A DNA stretch of 35,081 nucleotides. It comes from a virus (taxonomy: Duplodnaviria > Caudoviricetes). Position 1 is the stretch's first letter, and every line of letters starts with the position of its first letter. Position numbers and translations under genes: made by a program. Below are positions 1 through 9,538 of the stretch, one piece after another. The notes beneath the pieces are model-generated. The model was not told where the DNA came from and searched no databases. It worked only from the letters and a program-made list of their open reading frames with translations. The stretch spans positions 1 through 35,081 of IMG/VR virus record IMGVR_UViG_3300025102_000117, one strand, 5' to 3'.

Positions 1-1605
1 GAAGAATTTTATACTGATGATTTTCCATATTTTAACTATGTTGCACTAGAAATTAGCATGACTAGAATATCCAATGATAAAAAAGCCCCCGAAGGATGGG
101 AAATTCAAAGAAATTTAGCAGGTGATGATGTAGATTCTGTAAAATTTACTAAAATTTTAAGAAATGACGCTAAAGAAATCACTGACGCTAAAGAAAGGCG
201 TAAACTCATAGGGCAGTTGAGAGATGCTATTGTCGAAATGACAGAAAAAGAGGTAAAAATTGGAGAAGATGAGGTGATGGAAGCCTATGTTCCTAAAGAT
301 AAACAAATTCAATACCAATCCACTATAAATTATCCATTAATGTATGAAATTTTGGTGCAAAGTGATAGAAAATTGACCACAAAGACACTAAAATTAACAA
401 CAGCGTTGGAAACTAGCCTAGAATTAAAGGGAGGTAGTGACGATGAAAAGATTTCTGCCTATTTTGATGTAATGGAGGATAGAGATGGAGTAATTAGTAA
501 GATTTTATTATTTAGTATTAGAGAAGAAGCCCTACTTCCCTATTTTTCTAAAGCAAAAGGCAGTTCCAAGTATTTTCCACCACATCGTTCACTAGAAAAG
601 ATACTTACTAAAGGGTTGTCAAGTGCAATTAGTGATGTAGTAGCGGATTCCATTATCAGTGAGAAGGGTTTCATATCTTCAAAAGAAAGAAGTAAAAAAA
701 TAAAATTCAAAGGTGAGGAACTGCAAAGAATCAAAGAAGAAAGAAGGAAATTGTTGCAGGACATTAAAATTTACGATAAAAAGACCTTATTGACCCTATT
801 CAACGGTGCTAGAACTGGCCGAGTTAAGAAGAAATTTGCTAAATATGGCAAATATATTACAGAAAGTAATCAAATAGACCTAAATACTGACATATTTAGT
901 GGAAATTTTGGAAATATAGGAGAAAAATTAGTTCCTGTTTCTGAAGCAACAGCCTATGCTACTAGCAATAAAACTCTACAAAACACTTTAGATAAGGACT
1001 TACAATTAATGTTTGAAGACTATAGGGTGAATGATGATGAAGATTTAGAGGATAATAATAGGCTTTTCTTCAATAATGCAACAAAAACAGTTAGCCTTCG
1101 TGCAGGTACAAAACTAGAAGACAACGAATTGTCTTTAGATGAACAAGAAGGAGATAAAGACACTACTTTTGCTAAAGTAGAAGAAAGAGCATTGTATTCC
1201 TTAGTAAAGTCTGTTGAAAAAGGCGAACTGTTGAGTTTAGTTAAAGGAGATATAAAATTTACAGGTAAATTAACTCAAGCAGATTTATTCGAGTATGGTT
1301 TTATTCTGTCTCAAGACTTACTAGACAAAGATTATGATGCTGATAAAGAAAAACTGGAAGAGTTACGAAAAGAGGATAGTTCAACTAATAATGAAGAGTT
1401 AGTTAGTGAAATAAAACAATTTGCGGCTAAGTTGGATAATGATTTAAAACAACTCAAAAAAGAATTTGTTGGTGAATTAGATAGAAAACTACAAGACATC
1501 GTGGAGAGTCGGGGTAGATATAAAAACCTCTACGGCACAGATGCAGGACAAAAATTAATATCAATTATGGTGAGAAATAATTTACTAAATAGGGGGAAGA
1601 AGTAA
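1..1605 (+). CDS. Large K/E/D-rich hypothetical protein, 5'-truncated by the window edge
   Basis: Frame 1 is open from base 1 (GAA GAA TTT TAT...) into the 58..1605 ORF, so the true start probably lies upstream of the window. The stop TAA overlaps the next ATG (TAATG). No recognisable motif. Confidence 0.75.
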   Translation, partial: EEFYTDDFPYFNYVALEISMTRISNDKKAPEGWEIQRNLAGDDVDSVKFTKILRNDAKEITDAKERRKLIGQLRDAIVEMTEKEVKIGEDEVMEAYVPKDKQIQYQSTINYPLMYEILVQSDRKLTTKTLKLTTALETSLELKGGSDDEKISAYFDVMEDRDGVISKILLFSIREEALLPYFSKAKGSSKYFPPHRSLEKILTKGLSSAISDVVADSIISEKGFISSKERSKKIKFKGEELQRIKEERRKLLQDIKIYDKKTLLTLFNGARTGRVKKKFAKYGKYITESNQIDLNTDIFSGNFGNIGEKLVPVSEATAYATSNKTLQNTLDKDLQLMFEDYRVNDDEDLEDNNRLFFNNATKTVSLRAGTKLEDNELSLDEQEGDKDTTFAKVEERALYSLVKSVEKGELLSLVKGDIKFTGKLTQADLFEYGFILSQDLLDKDYDADKEKLEELRKEDSSTNNEELVSEIKQFAAKLDNDLKQLKKEFVGELDRKLQDIVESRGRYKNLYGTDAGQKLISIMVRNNLLNRGKK

Positions 1606-4127
1606 TGGCAGAAGATTATGAAAATTTTGTAGATAAGACAAAAATAACTCCAAAAGTTTTGAGTAGATACAACAAACTAATGGCACAGGGTACGCCTGTA
1701 AAAAAATTAGTTAGAAAGTTAAGGCTAGAAGAAGTTGATGGTCTAATTACCTATCCTCAAAACATCATAGATAATAATATTCAAGAAGACTTCGATGAAG
1801 ATATTGGACAGTTCATCGTAGAAGAAATCTTACCTAAGATGGGAAGTAAAACACAGGAAGTTCAAGCCGCTAGTAGGCAATATATTGTTGGAGCAGTTGA
1901 TAAAATATTTGATGCGTTATTCCGTACTGTCACTGATAAAGACAAAGGCATACCACTAAGGGGTGGCGGAAAACTGGGCATCAATGACTTGGCTTCTACA
2001 GACTTTACAACTAACATGATAGATATAGAAAAACTAAAATTTAGAAGAAAATCGGCAAGAGGTAACATAAAAAAATTTAACATTAGAGATGCTAAAAATG
2101 AATTTAATGGAATAAAGGTCAGTTTAGATAGTGTTATGAAAAGAAACTTTGTAGAGTTGTTCAACTACCTCACCCTCAAAGAAAAGAATACTGAAGAAGA
2201 ACAGGATGTAGTGTTTAAGTTTATAGATATACCAACAGAAGAATTATTCAGTAACAAAACTATGAATGACTTAAACCAAAGATACGCCACTTACAATTAC
2301 TGGAAAAAGATTAGTGAAGGGTTTGATGAACTTCTTAAAGATAAAGGAAATAAAAAGTCTCCAATAAATAGACTAGTAGAAGTCTTAACTATTGACATCG
2401 AAGAAACTGCAAAGAAAGAATTGACTGGCGACCAAAGACTCTTTTTACAAGATGCCCAAAACTTTGTCAACAAAATGAGAAAGGTTGGTGATTTAAATTA
2501 CATTGTTAAGACTAAGCCTAAAGAAATTAAGGTTGAAGACGCAGAAGAAAGGGCTTTCTTATTCATAGAAAGATTCTTCAAAAACCACCATGCTATTAGT
2601 GAAGCATTTGACCAAGACAATGTAGAATTAATCTATGAGAATGTTATCACAGAAGAGGGAGAAAGTAAGAATATGTCTTCTATTAATGTAAAAGATACTG
2701 ATAATCCCGATGTAGATGACATAGACTTAGGAGTGTGGGAGAAGGTTACATTAGACCCTCTAGCCATAAAATATTTCAAAGAAGACTTAGAAGGACTTGC
2801 AGAATTTTACAATGATTACAAAAGCAATATGCTAAAAGAACTTAGAAAGCAATTTGCTGAATACCAAGTATTTCTTTCAAAGCCGGAAGATTATGAAGCG
2901 GTTTTGGAAGGTTTAGAAGACGCACTAGAATCAATACAAATGAAAGAAATAGATGATGAAATACATTTGCCTGTTTTCTTATTCAATACTCCTACACTAT
3001 CTAGGTATTACAAAGATGAAGCAAGTGAAGCAAATGCAATACAAGAAGACATTTTTGTATTCTTAGATGCTTATAGAGATTTACTAGAAGATGACAAAAC
3101 TTTCTCAGCAATAAATGTTAATCTAATGTTATTGGGCGCAGGTACTACTAGTAAAGTTCGTGACCCTACGCCTTTTGAGCGTTATAAGAAAGTCGAACCT
3201 AGTAAGGTAGGAAGCATTAGAAAGTTGAAGAAGGAAATAAAAAACATCACTGATGAGATAAATAATAGCATACTAGAATTGTTTGTTAAGCCAATGCATA
3301 GCATTCACAGATTCGGTATGTCACTACCGTTTGAGAAAAGCGTTCAACTTAGAAGTATAGTTTCTGCAAGCGATAATGTTGGTGAAGAATTTTTGGCGTA
3401 TAAGGAGATTGGTGAAAGATTGAAAAACTTTGACACTAACTTTATTGAACAGGAAGATGCTGAAGATATGTTAAATTTCTTACAAAAAGTAACTAGAGGC
3501 GATATATATGATAAGCCAATAGACACACAATCAAGTGCTAGACAGTTTGTAAATGGCATAATGGTGGCTTTTAATGGCAATAAGAAAGTTAAGGAGCAGT
3601 TGAAAAGAGAAGTTTCTTCAATATATGGTGCATTGATTTCAGTCTCTAAAGAAGAGTTAGACATTCCTAATGTGTTTAAGGATGTTAACATAAAAGATTC
3701 TTATGTTAAAGAAAGAATAGATGACCCTAATGAAATACAAGCCCTTCAAGTTTTAACAAACGCCATTAGAGAAAGACAAGATATAATGCGAGAATCAAAC
3801 GATGGGCCGATAAATGATTCAACGCTAGACTCTTTATTGTCGGAGTTAGATAGAGTTGCTAAATCGGACATTTATTCTAGGCTAATAGAAGCCCACGATG
3901 CTCTTAGAATATTAAAAGGAAAACCAATTCATTATGGTAAAAGAGATGAAAATAATTTTGAGCATGTTGAAGATATGTTAATTAAAATACAAGAAGACCA
4001 TAACTTAGATATGTCTGCCAGTGAGTTAGTTAGCGTAGTGAATGACATAGATTCATTCAATAATATTAGTAAAGCACATGGGATAAGCCAAGAGCATGTA
4101 TATTTAATCAAAGCAAACTTTAGGTGA
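1605..4127 (+). CDS. Large acidic/lysine-rich hypothetical protein (840 aa) with a possible C-terminal HTH-like domain
   Basis: Long ORF coupled to the upstream stop. The C-terminal segment DSFNNISKAHGISQEHVYLIKANFR has an HTH-like pattern (inference). Confidence 0.75.
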   Translation: MAEDYENFVDKTKITPKVLSRYNKLMAQGTPVKKLVRKLRLEEVDGLITYPQNIIDNNIQEDFDEDIGQFIVEEILPKMGSKTQEVQAASRQYIVGAVDKIFDALFRTVTDKDKGIPLRGGGKLGINDLASTDFTTNMIDIEKLKFRRKSARGNIKKFNIRDAKNEFNGIKVSLDSVMKRNFVELFNYLTLKEKNTEEEQDVVFKFIDIPTEELFSNKTMNDLNQRYATYNYWKKISEGFDELLKDKGNKKSPINRLVEVLTIDIEETAKKELTGDQRLFLQDAQNFVNKMRKVGDLNYIVKTKPKEIKVEDAEERAFLFIERFFKNHHAISEAFDQDNVELIYENVITEEGESKNMSSINVKDTDNPDVDDIDLGVWEKVTLDPLAIKYFKEDLEGLAEFYNDYKSNMLKELRKQFAEYQVFLSKPEDYEAVLEGLEDALESIQMKEIDDEIHLPVFLFNTPTLSRYYKDEASEANAIQEDIFVFLDAYRDLLEDDKTFSAINVNLMLLGAGTTSKVRDPTPFERYKKVEPSKVGSIRKLKKEIKNITDEINNSILELFVKPMHSIHRFGMSLPFEKSVQLRSIVSASDNVGEEFLAYKEIGERLKNFDTNFIEQEDAEDMLNFLQKVTRGDIYDKPIDTQSSARQFVNGIMVAFNGNKKVKEQLKREVSSIYGALISVSKEELDIPNVFKDVNIKDSYVKERIDDPNEIQALQVLTNAIRERQDIMRESNDGPINDSTLDSLLSELDRVAKSDIYSRLIEAHDALRILKGKPIHYGKRDENNFEHVEDMLIKIQEDHNLDMSASELVSVVNDIDSFNNISKAHGISQEHVYLIKANFR

Positions 4128-4131
4128 TTAA

Positions 4132-4875
4132 ATGGCTGATGAAGTTACTGGCCCACATTCTAAGATGGAAGCGGAAGGTGCTTGGAATAATGATAATCCC
4201 GAAGACAAAATATCTAGGAGTGTTCCTGTTTGGTATGACTTGGATGAATATGTTATACGAAGAGTAGATGGTAAAGTAGTTGGCATTGCAGGATATAGCG
4301 ATAAGGGAACTTATGCTATATTAGGTGGAATGAAATCACAAGAAGGCTCAAAGAGTTGGAGGCCGATGTCCGAAAAAAGATTGGAGTTGATAGGTGATAA
4401 ACCTAAGATTGCAGGATTCAAAGCAAAGACAATACCCAATGAAACTTGGAAAGAAAAGAATAGACAAGTGTATAATTTTGACATACCTCCCGAAGATGAA
4501 ATGGGTATAGATTCTAAACTAATAGAACAATTTAGAAATAGATATGGAGAAGACTTTGGAATAAAGAAGTGGTTTGAGGTGTTGAAATTTGATTGGAAGT
4601 ATGGAGAAGCCTCTCAACAAAAATCACCTAAATTATCTACATTTAATGTAGAAGATAAGTGGAGAAAATTTGATGAAGGTGCTGTTGAATTTATTCTTGA
4701 TTTAGCAAGAAAGGTAGCCAATTACAAAATAACTCCTAATAAAATTAGAAGGAAGATTCTTGTTCATTCCTATGCTCTTACTCAAATATATGAATATTCT
4801 GATTATTTGGAGAAAAAATCAAACAATAAAAAATTAAAACGAGGATTAAATAAAATAAAAGAGGCAACACAATGA
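4132..4875 (+). CDS. Hypothetical protein with a possible GNAT-like N-terminal domain and an internal WFEVLK motif
   Basis: AGGTGA SD upstream. YVIRRVDGKVVGIAGY..AILGGM resembles GNAT beta2-beta4 strands (weak). ATGA overlap with the terminase gene. Confidence 0.6.
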   Translation: MADEVTGPHSKMEAEGAWNNDNPEDKISRSVPVWYDLDEYVIRRVDGKVVGIAGYSDKGTYAILGGMKSQEGSKSWRPMSEKRLELIGDKPKIAGFKAKTIPNETWKEKNRQVYNFDIPPEDEMGIDSKLIEQFRNRYGEDFGIKKWFEVLKFDWKYGEASQQKSPKLSTFNVEDKWRKFDEGAVEFILDLARKVANYKITPNKIRRKILVHSYALTQIYEYSDYLEKKSNNKKLKRGLNKIKEATQ

Positions 4876-6302
4876 ACCTTGACGATTTTAATTTTGAACA
4901 TCAAATGGACATGGAGTTATCTAAAAACTCATTTCCATACTTCTTTCAAAATGTATTGGGTTGGGATTTTGCATCCCATCAGCAAGAGTGGCTAGAGTTA
5001 ATGAACGATACTCAAAGAACAGTTATCATTTGTTCAAGAGGTCATGGTAAATCAGTATTCATGCACAGTTGGGTTGTATGGAATCTAATCTTTAGAGAGC
5101 CACCGTATCAAATGCTATACATTTCTTCTAACCAAAAGCAGACTTTGGTTCACATGAGAGATATAGATAAACTATTCAATCACCCTATGCTTAAGAAATA
5201 CAAACCTGCAAAGGGTTGGGCGATAGGAAACATTACACTTACTAATGGTAATCAAATCTTAGAGCGTTCCGTAGGTTCGCAGATTCGTGGTCTTCATCCT
5301 CAAGAGATTATTATTGACGACCCTTTGAAAGAGTTCAGTATGACTGGTATTCAAAAAGTTACAGATTGGTTTTATGGTGACATGATACCAACACTTCACC
5401 ACACCGCTTCTTTAAGAGTTATTGGAACTCCATTTAGTTATACAGATATATATCAACAACTCTCCGAAAACCCTGCTTATACTCTTAGAACCTATCCTTG
5501 TCTTAATGCTCTTAACGAACCTCTATGGCCTAACAGGTGGGATTATGATGCTCTTATGGCAAGAAAGGCAGAAGTCGGTTCTCTTATGTTTACAAGAGAA
5601 TATATGTGCGTTCCTATATCAACTGGAACTTCTTTGTTTAATCCCGAATATTTGGAAGCGGCTAAGAGTAAAGACCATGTTTTGAAACCAATGCGTAGAG
5701 AAGGCTACAAATATTATGTTGGTATTGACCCTGCTATTTCTACTGATGGAGATTACAATGTAATTACTGTATTAGAAGTGGATGAGAATGATAACAAAAC
5801 TCTTGTTTATATTGACCGTTCAAAGAATGTAGAGTTTAGAGAAAACATACAGAAAGTAAAGTTGATTGGTAAAGTGTTTCACCCCGAAGCAATATTGTTT
5901 GAAACAAACACATTTGCTAAAACATTTACACAAGAGATTAGAAATGTTACAGACTTAAATGTGCATGACTTTAATACCACTAGAAAAAAGAAAGAAGAGA
6001 TTATTCTAAGTTTACAAATGAACTTTGAAAACGGTAAGATAATATTACCTTATGCTAATGAAGAAAGTCGTCGAGTAACTTCTACATTAATAGAAGAATT
6101 GTCTATGTTTGCTATAACAGATAAAGGAAAGTTTGAGGGTATAGGGGCGCATGACGACATGGTTATGAGTTTAGCATTGGCTAACGCCGCTACTCATACA
6201 ATGAGTGAAACATTCATACTCTTAGATGACATGGGCATATTTGACCCGCCAAAGGTTAACAAGTATAAACGAACTCAAGGAGTCATGGGAATTAATTTTT
6301 AA
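4872..6302 (+). CDS. terL: Terminase large subunit (ATPase plus RNase H-like nuclease)
   Basis: Q motif (HQQEW), Walker A SRGHGKS, IRG..Walker B IIIDD, coupling motif VIGTP, FTREY, nuclease VGIDPA..D..VI, E in ILFETN, and C-terminal HDDMVMSLALA. Confidence 0.95.
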   Translation: MNLDDFNFEHQMDMELSKNSFPYFFQNVLGWDFASHQQEWLELMNDTQRTVIICSRGHGKSVFMHSWVVWNLIFREPPYQMLYISSNQKQTLVHMRDIDKLFNHPMLKKYKPAKGWAIGNITLTNGNQILERSVGSQIRGLHPQEIIIDDPLKEFSMTGIQKVTDWFYGDMIPTLHHTASLRVIGTPFSYTDIYQQLSENPAYTLRTYPCLNALNEPLWPNRWDYDALMARKAEVGSLMFTREYMCVPISTGTSLFNPEYLEAAKSKDHVLKPMRREGYKYYVGIDPAISTDGDYNVITVLEVDENDNKTLVYIDRSKNVEFRENIQKVKLIGKVFHPEAILFETNTFAKTFTQEIRNVTDLNVHDFNTTRKKKEEIILSLQMNFENGKIILPYANEESRRVTSTLIEELSMFAITDKGKFEGIGAHDDMVMSLALANAATHTMSETFILLDDMGIFDPPKVNKYKRTQGVMGINF

Positions 6303-6311
6303 GGTGATATT

Positions 6312-8159
6312 ATGGTAACTGAACAGGACTTAATAGAATCTAAAGATGAAATAGAAGAATTAGAAGAACTTGCTGACAAAAAACAACCTGTTGTTAGTAG
6401 GCTAAGAGATGCAGGGATAGAGTTGAAGGGCATCAATGATTATGTTATGTCTGATTATGAAGCAGTAAACTTACTCTCTAAGAATCTAAACATTAACGCT
6501 AGTGATGCTAGAAAACAATTAAGTTGTTTCCCTAGTGAATATTCCATTGATGGAGAAAACATTCCCGACCTTGTAAAGAAAATGAGAAAGGCTAGAAGAC
6601 AACTGAAAGGAGAACAAAGAACTAAGATGGCTAAGGCTATTGATACTGTTATTGACGGCTATTCCGACCATATCAATAAATGCATAGATTCTATCTATTG
6701 GATTAAGCCATACAAACCTGCAATACTTAAGATGGGGTTTAATGAAAAAGACTTAATAAAAATAAATAAAATAAATAGTGTCAATGGTAGAAGAGATATT
6801 ATTGATGCCATTTGTAAGTATTGGGAATGTGATTTGAATAAGACAGACATGGTTTATTCTAAGGAATATGCTCAACTAGAAAAAGAATGCCGTATTGCTA
6901 AAAGAGATTACAAAAAACAAATAAAAAACATTAGTGACCAGTCCATTACTAAAAGCAAGAAAGAAAGAATACTTTCTTTTATTGAAAGTGAAATTATTAA
7001 GAGTCCTTCTATTGGTGCTAAACAAATTCACGATAGAATGCCAAACACTTTGCATAAAAGCACGACAACAAATATGATTTCTAAAATGGTAAAGAAGTTA
7101 GATGTTGCTAATGTTGATGGAGCATATTATAAATTACCAACAATGCTTAAGAAAAATATTTGGGCTTATACTGCGGCTTTTATTGATTCGGATGGTTATA
7201 TTACAATGGATAGAAACCATAACCCTAGAGTCGGACTTATTGCTACAGGAGAAAGAGGAAGGGCATTTATGGAAGAGATGCACAAGAGTATAGGTTTCGG
7301 TAAGTTACATCTAAATCAAAAATCCCCGCAACAAACTAGGCCGGTTCAAAGATTAAATTTTTATTCTCAAGATGATGTTTATGGCTTATTAGAAAAGTGC
7401 TTACCACACTTTAGATTAAAGAAAGGTAATGCTAAATTACTTATGGAACTTATACGAATGAAAAAATCCTACAAAAAACAAGATTGGTATAAGGGAAGAT
7501 GTGATGAGATATTCAAGTTAATGAAGTGGGAGAACCACAAAGACCATGTAGGGTTTGATTGGTTGAAAGAGGGAATATACCTTGACAATATACAGAAATA
7601 CAAAGACAATTGTAAGATGTCTATAATGGATAGTATGGAAAATATTGGTGGTATGATTATCAAAGCAAATGAAATGGAAGATAAAGGGCTTTCTTGGTAT
7701 GCTAAAGGAAACAACAAAAAGAAATTTTTGTTAGACAAAGATGGCGTTAGACATGCGGCAGGTGCGGCAGTTTTCAAAGGAGATAAAGTTTTGATTGTTC
7801 AGCGTTCTCCCGAAGAAGATACTATGATAGGTATGTGGGAATTTGCCGGAGGTAAGGTAGAAGAACTTGATGAGTTTAATGCTGATGGAACTCCCGATGC
7901 AGAAAAGGTTTGTATGATTGAAGCAGGTGAAGAGTTAGGACTTAAGAAAAAACCATCATCTAAATTAGGAGTTCATTTTGATAGGAACATGAAACCACCA
8001 AAGAAATATCATTGTTTTAGAATAGAAGTAGAAGATGACTGGAACCCTACTCTATCCTTTGAGCATAGCGACTACAAATGGATTACTGTTGATGAGTTGA
8101 AAGAATATCCCGATAATAAATTAAGCCACCATGTTGCTTATTTGATAGACAAGATGTGA
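6312..8159 (+). CDS. Multidomain protein: helical N-terminus, winged-HTH-like domain, LAGLIDADG endonuclease-like domain and C-terminal Nudix hydrolase-like domain
   Basis: LAGLIDADG helix WAYTAAFIDSDGYI (~7161-7200) followed by a typical ...LLEKCLPHFRLKK. Nudix elements AAGAAVF..KVLIVQRS, WEFAGGKVE...EAGEELGL and LSFEHSDYKWIT. AAGGTGA SD. Confidence 0.8.
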   Translation: MVTEQDLIESKDEIEELEELADKKQPVVSRLRDAGIELKGINDYVMSDYEAVNLLSKNLNINASDARKQLSCFPSEYSIDGENIPDLVKKMRKARRQLKGEQRTKMAKAIDTVIDGYSDHINKCIDSIYWIKPYKPAILKMGFNEKDLIKINKINSVNGRRDIIDAICKYWECDLNKTDMVYSKEYAQLEKECRIAKRDYKKQIKNISDQSITKSKKERILSFIESEIIKSPSIGAKQIHDRMPNTLHKSTTTNMISKMVKKLDVANVDGAYYKLPTMLKKNIWAYTAAFIDSDGYITMDRNHNPRVGLIATGERGRAFMEEMHKSIGFGKLHLNQKSPQQTRPVQRLNFYSQDDVYGLLEKCLPHFRLKKGNAKLLMELIRMKKSYKKQDWYKGRCDEIFKLMKWENHKDHVGFDWLKEGIYLDNIQKYKDNCKMSIMDSMENIGGMIIKANEMEDKGLSWYAKGNNKKKFLLDKDGVRHAAGAAVFKGDKVLIVQRSPEEDTMIGMWEFAGGKVEELDEFNADGTPDAEKVCMIEAGEELGLKKKPSSKLGVHFDRNMKPPKKYHCFRIEVEDDWNPTLSFEHSDYKWITVDELKEYPDNKLSHHVAYLIDKM

Positions 8160-8163
8160 TAAT

Positions 8164-8310
8164 ATGAATACAAAAGAATGGGTAATTAGTAAACAGAAAC
8201 TACAATTCAAGTATTGTGGTAGATGCTTTACTGTTAAAGATGTTCATCCATTTGGTTTTTGTAAAAAATGTTGGGAACAAGCAGGTAAACCTATGGGGAT
8301 GAAAGCATGA
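8164..8310 (+). CDS. Small Zn-finger protein (48 aa), missing from the ORF track
   Basis: Hand translation: MNTKEWVISKQKLQFKYCGRCFTVKDVHPFGFCKKCWEQAGKPMGMKA*. Two CxxC pairs. It fills the gap exactly and has an ATGA overlap with the next gene. Confidence 0.7.
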   Translation: MNTKEWVISKQKLQFKYCGRCFTVKDVHPFGFCKKCWEQAGKPMGMKA

Positions 8311-8501
8311 GTTGGGAAGAAGTGTTGAAAAAGAAAAAAGCAGGTAGGGCTACTGCTACTCATAACAGTAAAGGTGAGGAAAAAGACCGTTGCGCTAGAA
8401 TTGCAGATAGGCCAAGTAAATACGGCTCAAAAGGAAGCGCATACAAATCGGGTGCAATTGTTCAATGTAGACAAGGGAAGATTTGGAGAGATATAAAATG
8501 A
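8307..8501 (+). CDS. Small basic protein with MSWEEVLK N-terminal tag
   Basis: ATGA overlaps at both ends. KDRC...SAYKSGAIVQCR resembles a small domain I recall from marine phages (unverified). Confidence 0.75.
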   Translation: MSWEEVLKKKKAGRATATHNSKGEEKDRCARIADRPSKYGSKGSAYKSGAIVQCRQGKIWRDIK

Positions 8502-8764
8502 GTTGGCAAGAAGTTCTCAAGATTGAGAAAAATCTACGAGTATGGTTTGGACAAACTGCTCAAGGCGAAAAAGGAAAACCAAAAGTAAAGGGTTGGGTTT
8601 CTTGTCAATCTTGTGAAGATGATAAAGCAGGAGTAAAACCTTGTGGAAGAACAGATGCCTCTAAAGGAACTAAACAAAGATGTAGGCCGACTTGTGCCGC
8701 TTGTAAAACCTATAAGAGAAGAAAAGGTAATAAGAGAAGTAGAGGCAGGGGATTCACAAGATGA
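8498..8764 (+). CDS. Small basic Cys-rich protein with MSWQEVLK tag
   Basis: Start reassigned from the TTG at 8483 to the ATG at 8498 (ATGA overlap, tag at the N-terminus). Contains CQSC, PCGR and CRPTCAAC. Confidence 0.75.
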   Translation: MSWQEVLKIEKNLRVWFGQTAQGEKGKPKVKGWVSCQSCEDDKAGVKPCGRTDASKGTKQRCRPTCAACKTYKRRKGNKRSRGRGFTR

Positions 8765-9132
8765 GTTGGAAAAAAATATTAAAAACGCACTGTAATGAAA
8801 AAATGGATTGCGGTTGTGCTAAGTGTAGAGAGAAAACTAACAAGGCACTTGTAGGAAATCAAAAAAGAATTGATGTGGCTAAACCAAAAGGAAGAATAAC
8901 AAGAGCAGATTTTGATAAACTTAGAGACGAAAAGAAAGCCATGAAGAGTGATGCTCAAATAGAAAAAGAAATACTCGCTGAAATTAAAAAAGAAGGTGGA
9001 GCATTAGGTATGAAAAACCTAAAAGCAATAGCCCCTCCTAAAGAATTAAAAAGAATTCTTGATGCTATGAAAAGAAAGAAAGTTATATTCATGCACAAAG
9101 ATGGAGACATTTATACACACAGTCCGAGATGA
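8761..9132 (+). CDS. Small basic modular protein with MSWKKILK tag
   Basis: ATGA overlap. Contains CGCAKC, an EF-hand-like stretch (IDVAKPKGRITRADFDKLR) and a C-terminal wHTH-like stretch. Confidence 0.75.
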   Translation: MSWKKILKTHCNEKMDCGCAKCREKTNKALVGNQKRIDVAKPKGRITRADFDKLRDEKKAMKSDAQIEKEILAEIKKEGGALGMKNLKAIAPPKELKRILDAMKRKKVIFMHKDGDIYTHSPR

Positions 9133-9136
9133 TTTT

Positions 9137-9538
9137 ATGACTTGGCATATTATTCTTAAGCAACTAGAATGTCCTAGAGCAACACAAGACTTAATGCTCA
9201 ATACTAAGAATAGAGATGCCGCAGTTAAAAATCCTAATATTAGATATGGCCCACTTAATCTCAACGACAAAAAATATTGGGAAGAATATGCTAAGAGATG
9301 GAAGACTACTGCTGATGTAGCAAAGAAATCTAATTGTAGTAATTGTGTTGCTTTCGACATATCACCAAGAATGGATGAATGTATGCCACTAACTACTGAT
9401 GATGATGGGCGTTTAGGATATTGTTGGATGCATCATTTCAAGTGTCATTCAGCAAGAACTTGTTATACTTGGGCTAAAGGTGGCCCAATTGATGATGATA
9501 AAACATCTAAAGAAAATCAAATGAGGGGTAAAAAATGA
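9137..9538 (+). CDS. Cys/His-rich metal-binding protein with MTWHIILK tag (HiPIP-like Cys spacing)
   Basis: Start reassigned to the ATG at 9137 (tag, no overlap with the upstream gene). CSNC..F...GYC......C..W pattern. Confidence 0.7.
   Translation: MTWHIILKQLECPRATQDLMLNTKNRDAAVKNPNIRYGPLNLNDKKYWEEYAKRWKTTADVAKKSNCSNCVAFDISPRMDECMPLTTDDDGRLGYCWMHHFKCHSARTCYTWAKGGPIDDDKTSKENQMRGKK

Noticed and set aside
7150-7560. Intein or mobile intron around the LAGLIDADG domain
   Set aside because: No N-terminal Cys/Ser block A or C-terminal HN-[CST] was found, and the flanking terminase and portal genes are uninterrupted.
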